A stretch of 64,000 bases of DNA from Thermoanaerobaculia bacterium (GTDB lineage: Bacteria; Acidobacteriota; Thermoanaerobaculia; UBA5066), in assembly GCA_022071945.1 (NCBI GenBank), contig JAJVIN010000017.1:31251-95250 (forward strand), in the 5' to 3' direction. Position numbers and translations under genes: made by a program. The notes under the pieces are model-generated. The model was not told the origin of the DNA. It did not search any database and saw nothing but the letters and a program-made list of their open reading frames with translations. Numbering within the stretch: position 1 is the first letter of the stretch; each line of letters opens with the position of its first letter. Positions 9,172-18,495 of the stretch are shown piece by piece.

Positions 9172-12100
9172 TCAGGGCTCCTCGTCTCCGTCTGGTCCGG
9201 CCTCGAGCACGGCACTGGATTCTCTCGGTAACCAGATCCTGAACGTCGAGCCCTGTCCCTTCCGGGAATGGACCTCGATTACGCCGCCCAGGAGACGGCA
9301 GACCCTCTGGGTCACCGTCAGCCCGAGTCCCGTTCCCCCGTAAGTCCTCGACGTGCTGTCATCCGCCTGGACGAAGGGCCTGAAGATCCGGCTCCTCTCG
9401 GCCGGCGTCATCCCGATCCCGGTGTCGGTGACGGTGAACCAGATGCCCTCTCTCCCGGCGCGCAGCCCCTTCTCGACCTCGAGTGCGACCTTGCCGTCCT
9501 TCGTGAACTTGGCGGCATTGCTTCCCAGGTTGAGGAGAGCCTGCCTCACCTTCATCTCGTCCGAGCGCATGGTTCCGACAGACTCCCCCACGACCACGCT
9601 GAAGTCGTTCCCGTTCCGGGTAGCCAATGTGCGAAGGGTCTCTCCGACGTCGCGCGCGACGGTTTCCACGTCGAACTCGGTCAGGACGACGTTCATCTTG
9701 CCTGCCTCGATCTTCGAGAGGTCGAGGACGTCGTTGATCAGGCCGAGGAGGTGGCGGGCCGACTGGCGGATCTTCTCGAGATCCTCGAGCTGATCCAACC
9801 GGTTTCTCTCCCGCGAGTCCTCGGTGAGGAGCTCCGCATAGCCTATGACGGCCGTCAGCGGCGTCCGGAGCTCGTGGCTCATGTTGGCCAGGAACTGGCT
9901 CTTGGCCCGGTTCGCTTCCTGGGCCCGCCTTTCGGAGGCCCGCAGCTCACGCGTCCGCTGCGCCACCCGGGCTTCCAGCGCCGTCTTCTGCCGCTCGAGG
10001 GCGGCGACCCTCAGCCGGATCAGGAGCAGGATCAACGAAAGGGCGGCGCAGGCGTAGAGCCCGAACGCCCACCAGGTGAGCCAAGGTGCCGGCCTGATGC
10101 GGAAGGCCAGCTCGACCGGCCCCGTCACGTGTCCGCTCGCGTCTCTTGCCCAGACGCGGAAGGTGTATCGCCCGGCGGAAAGGTTGGTGAACGTCCGGCT
10201 CTCCTCCGGGCTCCAGGCCGATTGAGAGGTCTCGAAGCCCTCGAGCTGGGACCGGTACCTCGACTCGCGCTCCCGAAACAGGGAAAGGAGGGCGAACTCG
10301 AATCGGACCTGCGTTTCCCACGGCTCGAGGGCCCGGGCCTCGGAGGGATCCCGCGACTCCCCGTTGACGACCACCCTCTCGATGTGGAGGGGCGGCGTGC
10401 CCGCAACCGTCCATTCCCGGCTGGGATCGAAAAGGGCTGCTCCCCTGACGGTGCCGACCCACACGCGGTCTCTCGAGTCGACAATCGAACTGCCATAGGT
10501 CGCCGCGTTGCCGGGAAGACCGTCCTCCGTCAAGTAGGTCGTCATCTCGAGACGCTCGGAACCCCTGAGGAACCCGAGACGGGCGACACCGCGGTTCGTG
10601 CCGACGTACACGTCGCCTTGCCGGCTCTGGACGATGCTCTGAACGACGTTGCTCGGTAGGAACGGCATCGATGCCGAGGAGACGACCCGGAGTCCCTGGT
10701 GGGCCTGATCGATGGCCAGCCGGGCGAGTCCGGCCGTGGTGGCGATCCAGAGTTCCCTGACGCCGCCGGCCGGCCGGTGAACGAGCGAAAGCCCCCGGAC
10801 CTCGTTGTTCGGAAGGCCCTGCTGGCTCGTGAAGACCGTCACGCCGCCGTCACGAATCCGCGCGAGCCCCCGGCGGGTGCCAGCCCAGATCGAAGTGGAG
10901 CCATCCTCCTCGGGCACCGCGCAAATGGAGAGCACGGAGTTGTGAGGGAGTCCCGCAGAGGTGTTGATGAAGGTCCACTTCCCTTCCCTGAGAACCGCCA
11001 GGCCCAGATCGTCCGTTGCCACGAGGAGAGACGTGTTTTCCCCCGAGCCGGCTCGGGCGAGCGCATTGATCCTCCGGCTGGGGATCCGCCCCCCCTCGGA
11101 GAACGGAACGAACCGCTCACCATCCCAGAGAACGAGGCCCTCCGCCGCCAGAGCCACGAGCAGCCTGTTTGCAAGAGGTGAAGGCCAGGGCAGGAGGGCC
11201 GAGATCTGGTTACCCGGAAGTCCCTTCTTGACGCCAAAGATCTCGAATCGGCCCGCCCGGAAGAGAGCGAGGCCACCGTTCGTCCCGAACCAGAACTCCG
11301 GCCGCCCCGAGCGGTCGCGGGTCTCGGCGATGGCATACACCTGGTTGCTGGGAAGCCCCTGGACGACGTCGAACCCGATCCAGCGGCCCATGCGGATCGA
11401 GGCGAGCCCGCCTCCCCCCATTCCCACCCAGATCGCCCCCGCCCCGGGCCCCGTGGTGGGGCCGAGCACGAAGTAGACGTTGTTGCTCGGGAGCCCGGCG
11501 TGAACTCCGTAGGCGACGATCGTCCGGCCATCGTTGGAGATCCTCAGGAGCCCGGCGCCGCTCGTCCCCGCCCACAGGTACCTCGCTCCGTCCTGTTCGC
11601 GAGCCTCGATCAGCGAGGTCACCTGGTTGGAGGGGAACCCGGTGTCCACGTCGAACACGCGGACGTCGTTCCCCTCGATCCGGACGAGCCCGCGTCCCCA
11701 CGACCCGGCCCAGAGAACGGGGTTGCCCGCATCCGAGAGCGACTGCAGGAGGCTGCTGTAGGAGATGGCGGGAAGGCGGCCGGCAGCGTCGAAGGGGACG
11801 AATCGCGCCCCGTCGAGGTAGGCGAGGCCCTTCTCGGTGGAAACCCAAACGGTCTTCCTGCCCGCGGGTGAAATGCCCTCGATGAGAGACCACACCCTCG
11901 GATCCGGAAGCCCCGATTCCGTCGACATCACCCGGAACTTCCCGGCCTCCAGGACGGCCACGCCCTCGCCGTAGGTCCCGAAAAGCAGCCGCCGTCCGCC
12001 CTCCAGGAGGTCGGACTCCAGGATGCTGTTGACCCTCTCATGGGGAAAGTGGCCGGGAGCCTCGAACCACGTCCACTGGTGGCCGAAGAGGCGGGCGACG

Positions 12101-12480
12101 CCCCCGTCCTGACGGCCGAACCAGATGCTGCCGTCCGAGGCGGGGTAGACGACCCGGACATAGTTCGAAGACGCCCGGTTGGGCATCGGGACCGCCCGCC
12201 ACGCCACTCCGTTGTAGACGGCCGCCCCGTCCTGCGTGGCGGCCCACAGGTACCCTCTCTGATCGAAGGCCATGGAGAGGACGGTGTTCTGCGGGAGACC
12301 GTCGCGATCGTCGAAAACCCGGATCGGGAGCCGACCCACGTCTGCCACATCCTCACCCGCCGTCAGGAACCCGCCGGGGAGGTCGTGGGACGCGGCTTCG
12401 AACGCACACGCGCAGCTGGCCAGGAGCAAGATCAGCCTGACCAAGGCAACAGCGCGGCGGGTGTCTCGGCCCGTCCCCAC
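9172..12480 (-). CDS. Sensor histidine kinase with a periplasmic two-component-regulator-propeller repeat region, Y_Y_Y domain, TM helix, coiled coil, HisKA and HATPase_c
   Basis: The ORF is open to 12708, but its first roughly 75 codons are Arg-rich and overlap the purE upstream region. I prefer the GTG at 12480 (VGTGRDTRRAVALVRLILLLASCACAFEAAS), which gives a signal-like N-terminus. H-box HELRTPL. HATPase motifs DTGIGM and GGTGLGL. There is no receiver domain. Confidence 0.8.
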   Translation of the reverse strand: MGTGRDTRRAVALVRLILLLASCACAFEAASHDLPGGFLTAGEDVADVGRLPIRVFDDRDGLPQNTVLSMAFDQRGYLWAATQDGAAVYNGVAWRAVPMPNRASSNYVRVVYPASDGSIWFGRQDGGVARLFGHQWTWFEAPGHFPHERVNSILESDLLEGGRRLLFGTYGEGVAVLEAGKFRVMSTESGLPDPRVWSLIEGISPAGRKTVWVSTEKGLAYLDGARFVPFDAAGRLPAISYSSLLQSLSDAGNPVLWAGSWGRGLVRIEGNDVRVFDVDTGFPSNQVTSLIEAREQDGARYLWAGTSGAGLLRISNDGRTIVAYGVHAGLPSNNVYFVLGPTTGPGAGAIWVGMGGGGLASIRMGRWIGFDVVQGLPSNQVYAIAETRDRSGRPEFWFGTNGGLALFRAGRFEIFGVKKGLPGNQISALLPWPSPLANRLLVALAAEGLVLWDGERFVPFSEGGRIPSRRINALARAGSGENTSLLVATDDLGLAVLREGKWTFINTSAGLPHNSVLSICAVPEEDGSTSIWAGTRRGLARIRDGGVTVFTSQQGLPNNEVRGLSLVHRPAGGVRELWIATTAGLARLAIDQAHQGLRVVSSASMPFLPSNVVQSIVQSRQGDVYVGTNRGVARLGFLRGSERLEMTTYLTEDGLPGNAATYGSSIVDSRDRVWVGTVRGAALFDPSREWTVAGTPPLHIERVVVNGESRDPSEARALEPWETQVRFEFALLSLFRERESRYRSQLEGFETSQSAWSPEESRTFTNLSAGRYTFRVWARDASGHVTGPVELAFRIRPAPWLTWWAFGLYACAALSLILLLIRLRVAALERQKTALEARVAQRTRELRASERRAQEANRAKSQFLANMSHELRTPLTAVIGYAELLTEDSRERNRLDQLEDLEKIRQSARHLLGLINDVLDLSKIEAGKMNVVLTEFDVETVARDVGETLRTLATRNGNDFSVVVGESVGTMRSDEMKVRQALLNLGSNAAKFTKDGKVALEVEKGLRAGREGIWFTVTDTGIGMTPAERSRIFRPFVQADDSTSRTYGGTGLGLTVTQRVCRLLGGVIEVHSRKGQGSTFRIWLPRESSAVLEAGPDGDEEP

Positions 12481-12652
12481 GAGAACTCGCCGGAAGAATA
12501 GCGCGTCCTGACGGGCGCGGCCCCTGACGCTCACGAGGAGAAGGCACCGGACGTCTCTCCCGGTGTGCGCGGGCGGGCCTGGCCGGAGTGGAGAGGGCGT
12601 CGTTCCCCGATCCTTGACTTCCCGCAGGCGACCGTTCAGTCTCCGCGCGAAG

Positions 12653-13156
12653 ATGAAGGACGAGCCGTCCGACCCCCGTCCCATCGTTGGCATCATCATG
12701 GGGAGCAAGAGCGACTACGAGTTCCTCTCCCCGGCCGTGGAGATCCTCAGGGAGCTCGGGATCCCTCACGAAGTCGAGGTCGTCTCGGCCCACCGGACCC
12801 CAGACCGGATGTTCGCCTACGCGGAAGCAGCCGAATCACGCGGACTGAAAGTGATCATCGCCGGGGCCGGCGGTGCGGCTCACTTGCCCGGAATGGTCGC
12901 CGCCAAGACGCTCGTCCCCGTCCTGGGCGTTCCGGTTCCCGCGACGCTTCTCAACGGCCTGGACGCGCTCCTGTCGATTGTCCAGATGCCGAAGGGGGTG
13001 CCCGTCGGGACTCTCGCGATCGGAAAGCCCGGAGCGGCAAACGCCGCTCTTCTGGCCGCCGAGATCGCCGGGATCTCCGACCCAGCCGTCAGGGAGCGGC
13101 TTCGTGGATGGCGAGAGGCCAGGCGCGCCGAGGCCGAAGCCATGCGGGTTTCGTGA
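12653..13156 (+). CDS. purE: N5-carboxyaminoimidazole ribonucleotide mutase
   Basis: [15 protein letters not shown]...[18 protein letters not shown] is the PurE signature. The start codon is an ATG at 12653. Stop codon TGA overlaps the purK start (ATGA). Confidence 0.9.
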   Translation: MKDEPSDPRPIVGIIMGSKSDYEFLSPAVEILRELGIPHEVEVVSAHRTPDRMFAYAEAAESRGLKVIIAGAGGAAHLPGMVAAKTLVPVLGVPVPATLLNGLDALLSIVQMPKGVPVGTLAIGKPGAANAALLAAEIAGISDPAVRERLRGWREARRAEAEAMRVS

Positions 13157-14352
13157 TGGCGGTCCCGCCGGGAGCCCTTCTCGGGGTGCTGGGCGGGGGC
13201 CAGCTGGGGCGGATGCTCGGGCTCGCGGGCCGCCCCATGGGCTTTCGCTTCGCCTTCGCGGACCCGGATCCCGCCTGCGCGGCCGCCTTTCTCGCCGAGA
13301 GTCTCGAGACGGCCCCCTTCGAGGACCCTGGGGCGGTGGAACGGCTCGCCCGACGGGCGGACGTTCTGACGATCGAGATCGAGAAGGTCTCGATCGAGGG
13401 AATGCGCCGGGCCCAGGCGTTCTGTCCCGTGCGCCCGGGCCCCGGCATCGTCGAGATGGTCCAGGATCGCATCCGGCAGAAGGACTGGCTGACCCGGAAC
13501 GGATTCCCCGTGGCACCCTGGCGAGCGGCCCGGTCGGCGGCGGAGGCAAGGAGCGCCTCTGAACACTTCGGCGGAGCCGTCTTTCTCAAGGCGGCTCACG
13601 GCGGCTACGACGGGCGCGGACAGGCCGTCGTAGAGAACCCCGAGGGAGCCCGGCAGGCCTTCGAGAGCCTTGGCGGCACGCCCTGCGCGGTCGAGGAGTC
13701 GCAGGATCTCACGGCCGAGCTGTCGGTGATGGTGGCGCGGCGGCCCTCGGGACAGATCGCGGTCTTTCCCCCGGCCCTCAACCACCACGAGAACCAGATC
13801 CTTGCCTGGTCCGTTCTGCCCGCGCCCCTGCCAGACGAGATCTTGGTGGAAGCGAGGAAGATCGCGGCCAGCCTGGCGGAGGAGCTCCGCCTCGAGGGTC
13901 TTCTCTGCGTGGAGCTCTTCCTGGTCGGGGAAGGACGGCTCCTCGTCAACGAGCTCGCCCCGCGGCCCCACAACTCGTTTCACGCCACGGAGATGGCGAC
14001 CGCCACGAGCCAGTTCGAGCAAGCCATCCGGGCGGTCTGCGATCTCCCCCTCGGCGACACCTCCGTGCTTCGGCCCGCCGCGATCGTCAATCTCCTCGGT
14101 GACCTGTGGGTGGAAGGAAACGCCCCCCCCTTCGCCCGCGCGCTCGAGATCCCGGGAGTCCGCCTGTTTCTCTACGGAAAGGGCGAACCGCGGCCGGGCC
14201 GCAAGATGGGCCATCTCGAAGCCACGGGCGCGACATCGGACGAGGCCGTCGAGCGCGTTATTTCGGGACTCGGCAGGATCCAGGCGGCGGTTGGCGGCAC
14301 GAATGTCGAGACAGGCGTCCCCCCGGACCGGGGCAGGACGCAGGAAGAGTAG
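13156..14352 (+). CDS. purK: N5-carboxyaminoimidazole ribonucleotide synthase (ATP-grasp)
   Basis: LGVLGGGQLGRM N-terminus and ATP-grasp body. Start is the ATG at 13156, translationally coupled to purE. Confidence 0.9.
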   Translation: MAVPPGALLGVLGGGQLGRMLGLAGRPMGFRFAFADPDPACAAAFLAESLETAPFEDPGAVERLARRADVLTIEIEKVSIEGMRRAQAFCPVRPGPGIVEMVQDRIRQKDWLTRNGFPVAPWRAARSAAEARSASEHFGGAVFLKAAHGGYDGRGQAVVENPEGARQAFESLGGTPCAVEESQDLTAELSVMVARRPSGQIAVFPPALNHHENQILAWSVLPAPLPDEILVEARKIAASLAEELRLEGLLCVELFLVGEGRLLVNELAPRPHNSFHATEMATATSQFEQAIRAVCDLPLGDTSVLRPAAIVNLLGDLWVEGNAPPFARALEIPGVRLFLYGKGEPRPGRKMGHLEATGATSDEAVERVISGLGRIQAAVGGTNVETGVPPDRGRTQEE

Positions 14353-14363
14353 ACTTCGCCCGA

Positions 14364-16331
14364 TTGAATACCGAGGCACCTGGCCCCCCGAACGGTCCTT
14401 TTCAGAGCGGCGTCACGACGGCCCCAACCGGCCTCAGCACGGGGACCCATCCACACGCCGCACCCCAGGGCCGATACCTCGTCGTGCTCTCCATCGCCGC
14501 CATGGGTGTCGTTTTTGGAGACATCGGGACGAGCCCCCTCTACGCGCTTCGCGAGTGCTTCAGCGGCCCGCACGGGATTGCCCCGGCTTCGGCAAACATC
14601 CTGGGCGTTCTCTCGCTGATCTTCTGGTCGCTGCTTCTCGTCATCTCGGTCAAGTACCTGCTCTTCGTCCTCAGGGCCGACAACAGGGGCGAGGGCGGAA
14701 TCCTGGCCCTGATGTCCCTGATCATCCCGGTCCTTCCGGCCACGGCCAGCGTTCAGCGGTACCTGATGATCGCCATGGGCCTGTTCGGAGCCGCGCTCTT
14801 GTACGGCGACGGGATGATCACGCCGGCCATCACGGTCCTGTCCGCCGTCGAGGGGATGGAGGTCGCGACCCCGGCCTTCACGCCGTACATCCTGCCCGCG
14901 ACTGTTTTCATTCTGATCCTTCTCTTCCTCGTTCAGAGAAAGGGCACGGCGGGGGTCGGTGCCGTCTTCGGGCCCGTGATGCTCTTCTGGTTCGTCGTCC
15001 TGGCGGCGCTCGGCCTCTACCAGACCGTGCAGGCCCCGCAAGTGCTGGCCGCGGTGAATCCGTGGCACGGCATCTCGTTCTTCATGAGGAACGGCATCCA
15101 CGGGTTCCTCATCCTCGGTTCGGTCTTCCTCGTCGTCACCGGGGGTGAGGCTCTCTACGCGGACATGGGCCATTTCGGGGCCCGGCCGATCAAGCTGACG
15201 TGGTTCTTCGTCGTCCTGCCCGCCCTTCTCCTGAACTACTTCGGGCAGGGAGCGCTCCTCTTGAGGAATCCGGCCATGGCGGACAACCCGCTCTTCAAGA
15301 TGGCGCCGGGATGGTTCCTCTACCCGGTGGTCGCGCTCGCGACCCTGGCCTCCGTCATCGCCTCGCAGGCCGTCATCTCGGGAGCCTTTTCCCTGACGCG
15401 GCAGGCCATTCTCCTCGGGTACGTACCCCGCCTGAAGATCGATCACACCTCCGAGAAAGAGATCGGCCAGATCTACCTGCCGACTGTCAACTGGACGCTG
15501 ATGGTCTGCTGCATCTGGCTCGTCCTCGAGTTTCGCTCCTCGAGCCGGCTGGCCGCCGCCTACGGCATTGCCGTGACGACGACAATGGTCATCACCACGA
15601 TGCTCCTCTTCTTCTTCTTCACCCTGAAGTGGAAGATCAACCCCTGGATCGCCGGCCTGTCGACGGCGGCGTTCCTGATAGTCGACCTCGCGTTCTTCGG
15701 CGCCAATATCGTCAAGATCGGCCACGGCGGCTGGTTCCCGCTCGCCGTCGCCATCATCATCTACCTGTTGATGGCGACCTGGAAGCGCGGGCGCGAGATC
15801 CTCTCCGACAGGCTGCGCGAGGTCACCCTCCCCGTCGGCGTCCTGCTCGCCGACGTCGAGAAGAGGACTCCCATTCGGGTGCGAGGGACCGCCGTCTACA
15901 TGGACCGCCTGCCGGACGGCGTCCCGCCCGCCCTTTTCCACAACATGAAGCACAACAAGATCCTGCACGAGCGGGTGGTCTTCTTGACAGTGGTCGTCGA
16001 CGACGTCCCCACTGTGTCGGAACGCGAGAGGCAGCGGACGGAAAACCTCGGCTTCGGCTTCTACCGGATGACGCTCCACTATGGCTTCATGGAGAACATC
16101 GACGTCCCCGCGGCCCTGAAGCGCCTGAAGGTCGACGGCCGCGGCTTCGAGGAACTGGACACAACCTATTTCCTCGGGCGCGAGACGTTGATCGCGAGCA
16201 AGAGACCCGGCATGGCCCTGTGGCGTGAGCGGCTCTTCGCCTGGATGTCGCGCACGGAGGGACGGGCAACGTCGTTCTTCCAGATTCCGCCCGGCCGGGT
16301 CGTCGAGCTCGGAATCCAGATCGAGCTCTGA
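14364..16331 (+). CDS. kup: KUP/HAK/KT potassium uptake transporter
   Basis: GVVFGDIGTSPLYAL signature and 12 TM-like helices. The start is uncertain. There is no ATG between the purK stop and the signature, so TTG at 14364 is a guess. Confidence 0.8.
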   Translation: MNTEAPGPPNGPFQSGVTTAPTGLSTGTHPHAAPQGRYLVVLSIAAMGVVFGDIGTSPLYALRECFSGPHGIAPASANILGVLSLIFWSLLLVISVKYLLFVLRADNRGEGGILALMSLIIPVLPATASVQRYLMIAMGLFGAALLYGDGMITPAITVLSAVEGMEVATPAFTPYILPATVFILILLFLVQRKGTAGVGAVFGPVMLFWFVVLAALGLYQTVQAPQVLAAVNPWHGISFFMRNGIHGFLILGSVFLVVTGGEALYADMGHFGARPIKLTWFFVVLPALLLNYFGQGALLLRNPAMADNPLFKMAPGWFLYPVVALATLASVIASQAVISGAFSLTRQAILLGYVPRLKIDHTSEKEIGQIYLPTVNWTLMVCCIWLVLEFRSSSRLAAAYGIAVTTTMVITTMLLFFFFTLKWKINPWIAGLSTAAFLIVDLAFFGANIVKIGHGGWFPLAVAIIIYLLMATWKRGREILSDRLREVTLPVGVLLADVEKRTPIRVRGTAVYMDRLPDGVPPALFHNMKHNKILHERVVFLTVVVDDVPTVSERERQRTENLGFGFYRMTLHYGFMENIDVPAALKRLKVDGRGFEELDTTYFLGRETLIASKRPGMALWRERLFAWMSRTEGRATSFFQIPPGRVVELGIQIEL

Positions 16332-16352
16332 GCGGCCCCGAGGGGAGCGGCC

Positions 16353-17165
16353 TCAGGGCTTCGGCGAGAAGAGCTCCCTGTCGAAGGCATCGGAGAGATA
16401 CCGGGCCGCCTCCCCGCCGGCATCGAGGTCTTCACAGACGCCCGCCATCTCCGAGCAGGCCTCGGCGAGCGGTCTCCCCGATGCGAGCGACTCGTAGAAG
16501 ACCCTGGCCGCCTCGTCGATCTCGAAAAACGCGGGCTCCTCGTCCTCGCCCCTGAAGATCACGAGGCTGTGGGGCCTTCGGACGGGACGGGCGGGCGGAG
16601 AGGACTCGAGAAAGAACGCCTCCACCTCGAATTCCAGGGACAGAAACCGCACCGAGGGCCGAAAGCAGAACGTCAACTCGGGCCATTCAGCGGGCGGAAC
16701 GGGCGCCAGCATGGATCTGAGAAGCGCCGGGGCGTCCAGGGCCTGAAAACAGTCGAGCCACTCCCACTCGAGCCGCGCGAGATCCGGGAGGAACGGGAGG
16801 GAGCTCGTAAGCGGCGACGACTCAAGATGGCGCGGGAGCGGCCTCCCGAGCCATCTCAGGGAAGGTTCGGACGGGGGGTGGGCCACGAGGAAATCGGTGA
16901 CGAGGTTGTGAAAGGCCGTCTCTCCAAGGACTCCCCTGGTCCGCGGAAAGTCCTCGGCCAGAACATCCCTCAACCGGAAGAAGTACATGTTCGCGTAGAT
17001 GTCGACCCGGGCGAGGGCCCCGAGCCGCTCGTCCCCCCGAAAGTGCGCCGAGAAGAGGTCCCCGGCGGGCATTCCCGCGGCAGAGAGCCCGGCCAGGCCC
17101 CTTGCCACTCCCTCCGGAGCTTCGAGAAGGGAGAGAAAGAAGCTCTGGAGCTCTTCGAGGTTCAC
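16353..17165 (-). CDS. DUF2063-family protein (BufC/HvfC/MbnC-like partner of MNIO enzymes)
   Basis: About 270 aa, starting at a GTG that overlaps the upstream gene stop (GTGA). N-terminus VNLEELQSFFLSLLEAP. Conserved YANMYFFRL and DLARLEWEWLD blocks typical of DUF2063. Confidence 0.8.
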   Translation of the reverse strand: MNLEELQSFFLSLLEAPEGVARGLAGLSAAGMPAGDLFSAHFRGDERLGALARVDIYANMYFFRLRDVLAEDFPRTRGVLGETAFHNLVTDFLVAHPPSEPSLRWLGRPLPRHLESSPLTSSLPFLPDLARLEWEWLDCFQALDAPALLRSMLAPVPPAEWPELTFCFRPSVRFLSLEFEVEAFFLESSPPARPVRRPHSLVIFRGEDEEPAFFEIDEAARVFYESLASGRPLAEACSEMAGVCEDLDAGGEAARYLSDAFDRELFSPKP

Positions 17166-18136
17166 GAGGGGTCTCCCGGTCCCCGCCGGAGCTCCTCGTC
17201 CATCAGCCGGGCCGCTTTCTGCCGCTCCGCCGAAAGGACACTCCACTCGGGAATCTTGTCGTCCCACTCCACGAGGCTCGAGACGGCGCCGAATCGCCGG
17301 ACGGCCCGCCTGTAAAGCTCCCAGACTCGATCCGGGACAGGGTGGTCGTGCGTGTCGATCAGGAGAGGTCCCATCTCGGACGGGCCCGCGAGATGAAACT
17401 GCCAGACGGAGCCGGGCGGGATTCCCTGGAGGTAGGACTCCCGCTCCCACCCGTGGTTGTGGCACGACACGTCCAGGTTGTTCAGGTCGAGAAGGATGCC
17501 GCACCCCGTGCGAGCCGCGAGCTCCGCGAGGAATTCCCACTCTGAAAGCGTCGAATGGAGAAAGGTGACGTAGCTCGAGGCGTTCTCCAGGGCGATCGCC
17601 CGTCCGAGAAAGTCCTGGACCTGAAGGACGCGCCGCTCCACGTGGGCGAGCGACTCCTCCGTGTAGGGCAGAGGCAGGAGATCGTGCGAGTTGTGGCCCC
17701 GCGCCGAGGTGAAGCAGAGATGATCGGAGATCCACGGCGGTTCGAGCTCAGACGCCAGCCCGCGGAGCGCCTCGAGATAGTCGCCCCGGATGGGATCGCA
17801 CCCGCCGATCGAGAGAGAGACCCCGTGCAGGACGACGGGGAACCGCTCGCGGATCGAAAAGAGAATCCGGCGCGCGCGTCCGCCGGCCCCGAGGAAGTTC
17901 TCGGTGATGACCTCGAACCAGTCGCACTCGACGCTTCCCGATAGAACATCGGGGTAGTGGCACCGTCGAAGTCCGGCACCGTGGCCCAGGAAGGGCGGTC
18001 TCTGGCCCGGGGCCGGCGAAAAAACACCCCCTCCCCGCCGAGGCGTGGAGGGGGCGACGTTCCCACCCGGCGAGGAAATCAGCGGGATTTCTTCCCTTCG
18101 GCCGGCTTCTCGTTCTTGGCCTTCAGAGCCGTGCAT
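17162..18136 (-). CDS. DUF692 / MNIO (multinuclear non-haem iron-dependent oxidative enzyme; MbnB/BufB/HvfB-like TIM-barrel)
   Basis: DWFEVITENFLG, PVVLHGVSLSIGG, PPWISDHLCFTS, LLPLPYTEESLAHV, ALENASSYV, ILLDLNNLDVSCHNHG, QFHLAGP, DTHDHPVPDRVWELY. This is a near-textbook DUF692 motif set. The only in-frame start codon is the ATG at 18136. It overlaps the last 58 nt of the precursor gene in another frame. Confidence 0.9.
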   Translation of the reverse strand: MHGSEGQEREAGRREEIPLISSPGGNVAPSTPRRGGGVFSPAPGQRPPFLGHGAGLRRCHYPDVLSGSVECDWFEVITENFLGAGGRARRILFSIRERFPVVLHGVSLSIGGCDPIRGDYLEALRGLASELEPPWISDHLCFTSARGHNSHDLLPLPYTEESLAHVERRVLQVQDFLGRAIALENASSYVTFLHSTLSEWEFLAELAARTGCGILLDLNNLDVSCHNHGWERESYLQGIPPGSVWQFHLAGPSEMGPLLIDTHDHPVPDRVWELYRRAVRRFGAVSSLVEWDDKIPEWSVLSAERQKAARLMDEELRRGPGDPS

Positions 18137-18381
18137 TCCTTCTCATCGGCGGCCATGACCCAACCCTTGCCCTTGCACGAGTTCTGGCCGTGGCAGGAGT
18201 GTCCCCCCGGCACGCCGCACTCGCTCGTCGCCTTGCAGGCGTTCCCGCCGACACACTTGTACTTCTTTTCGGCCTTCGGCTTGTCGGCCGCCTTCTTGGT
18301 CTCCGCAAGGGCTCCGTTGGCGACGAGCACAGTCGCCGCCGCCATCGCGATCGCCGTCCCGAGGGCTTTCTTCTGGTTCAT
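18079..18381 (-). CDS. Small secreted Cys-rich precursor peptide (bufferin-like, DUF2282/BUF_6Cys-like)
   Basis: 100 aa. Sec signal MNQKKALGTAIAMAAATVLVANGALA with an AxA cleavage site. Lys-rich mature part with 6 Cys: KC VGGNAC KATSEC GVPGGHSC HGQNSC KGKGW...KEC. It sits immediately upstream of the DUF692-DUF2063 pair. RBS GGAAGGAGA lies 8 nt before the ATG. Confidence 0.75.
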   Translation of the reverse strand: MNQKKALGTAIAMAAATVLVANGALAETKKAADKPKAEKKYKCVGGNACKATSECGVPGGHSCHGQNSCKGKGWVMAADEKECTALKAKNEKPAEGKKSR

Positions 18382-18470
18382 GCCTGATGTCTCCTTCCCG
18401 GCACTGCCGTGGCGGCAGGCTTCGAACCAAAACTTTATAGTTTAGCACCAGATTGGCCAGGGAAACGGCA
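18382..18470 (-). promoter_or_regulatory. Putative promoter and 5'UTR of the precursor operon: a local AT-rich patch (CTAAACTATAAAGTTTTGG on the coding strand) and a 5-bp hairpin (CTGCC-GCCAC-GGCAG) just before the RBS
   Basis: An AT-rich island in an otherwise roughly 68% GC context, directly upstream of the first gene of the three-gene cluster. There is no gene upstream on the same strand for 115 bp. Confidence 0.3.
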
Positions 18471-18495
18471 ACGCCCTCGGCATCGAGACCTGTTC

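Noticed and set aside
16353-17735. Long form (460 aa) of the DUF2063 ORF
   Set aside because: The upstream 190 codons overlap the DUF692 gene in another frame and are Arg/Pro-rich. The DUF2063 homology begins at the GTG at 17165, which overlaps the DUF692 stop.
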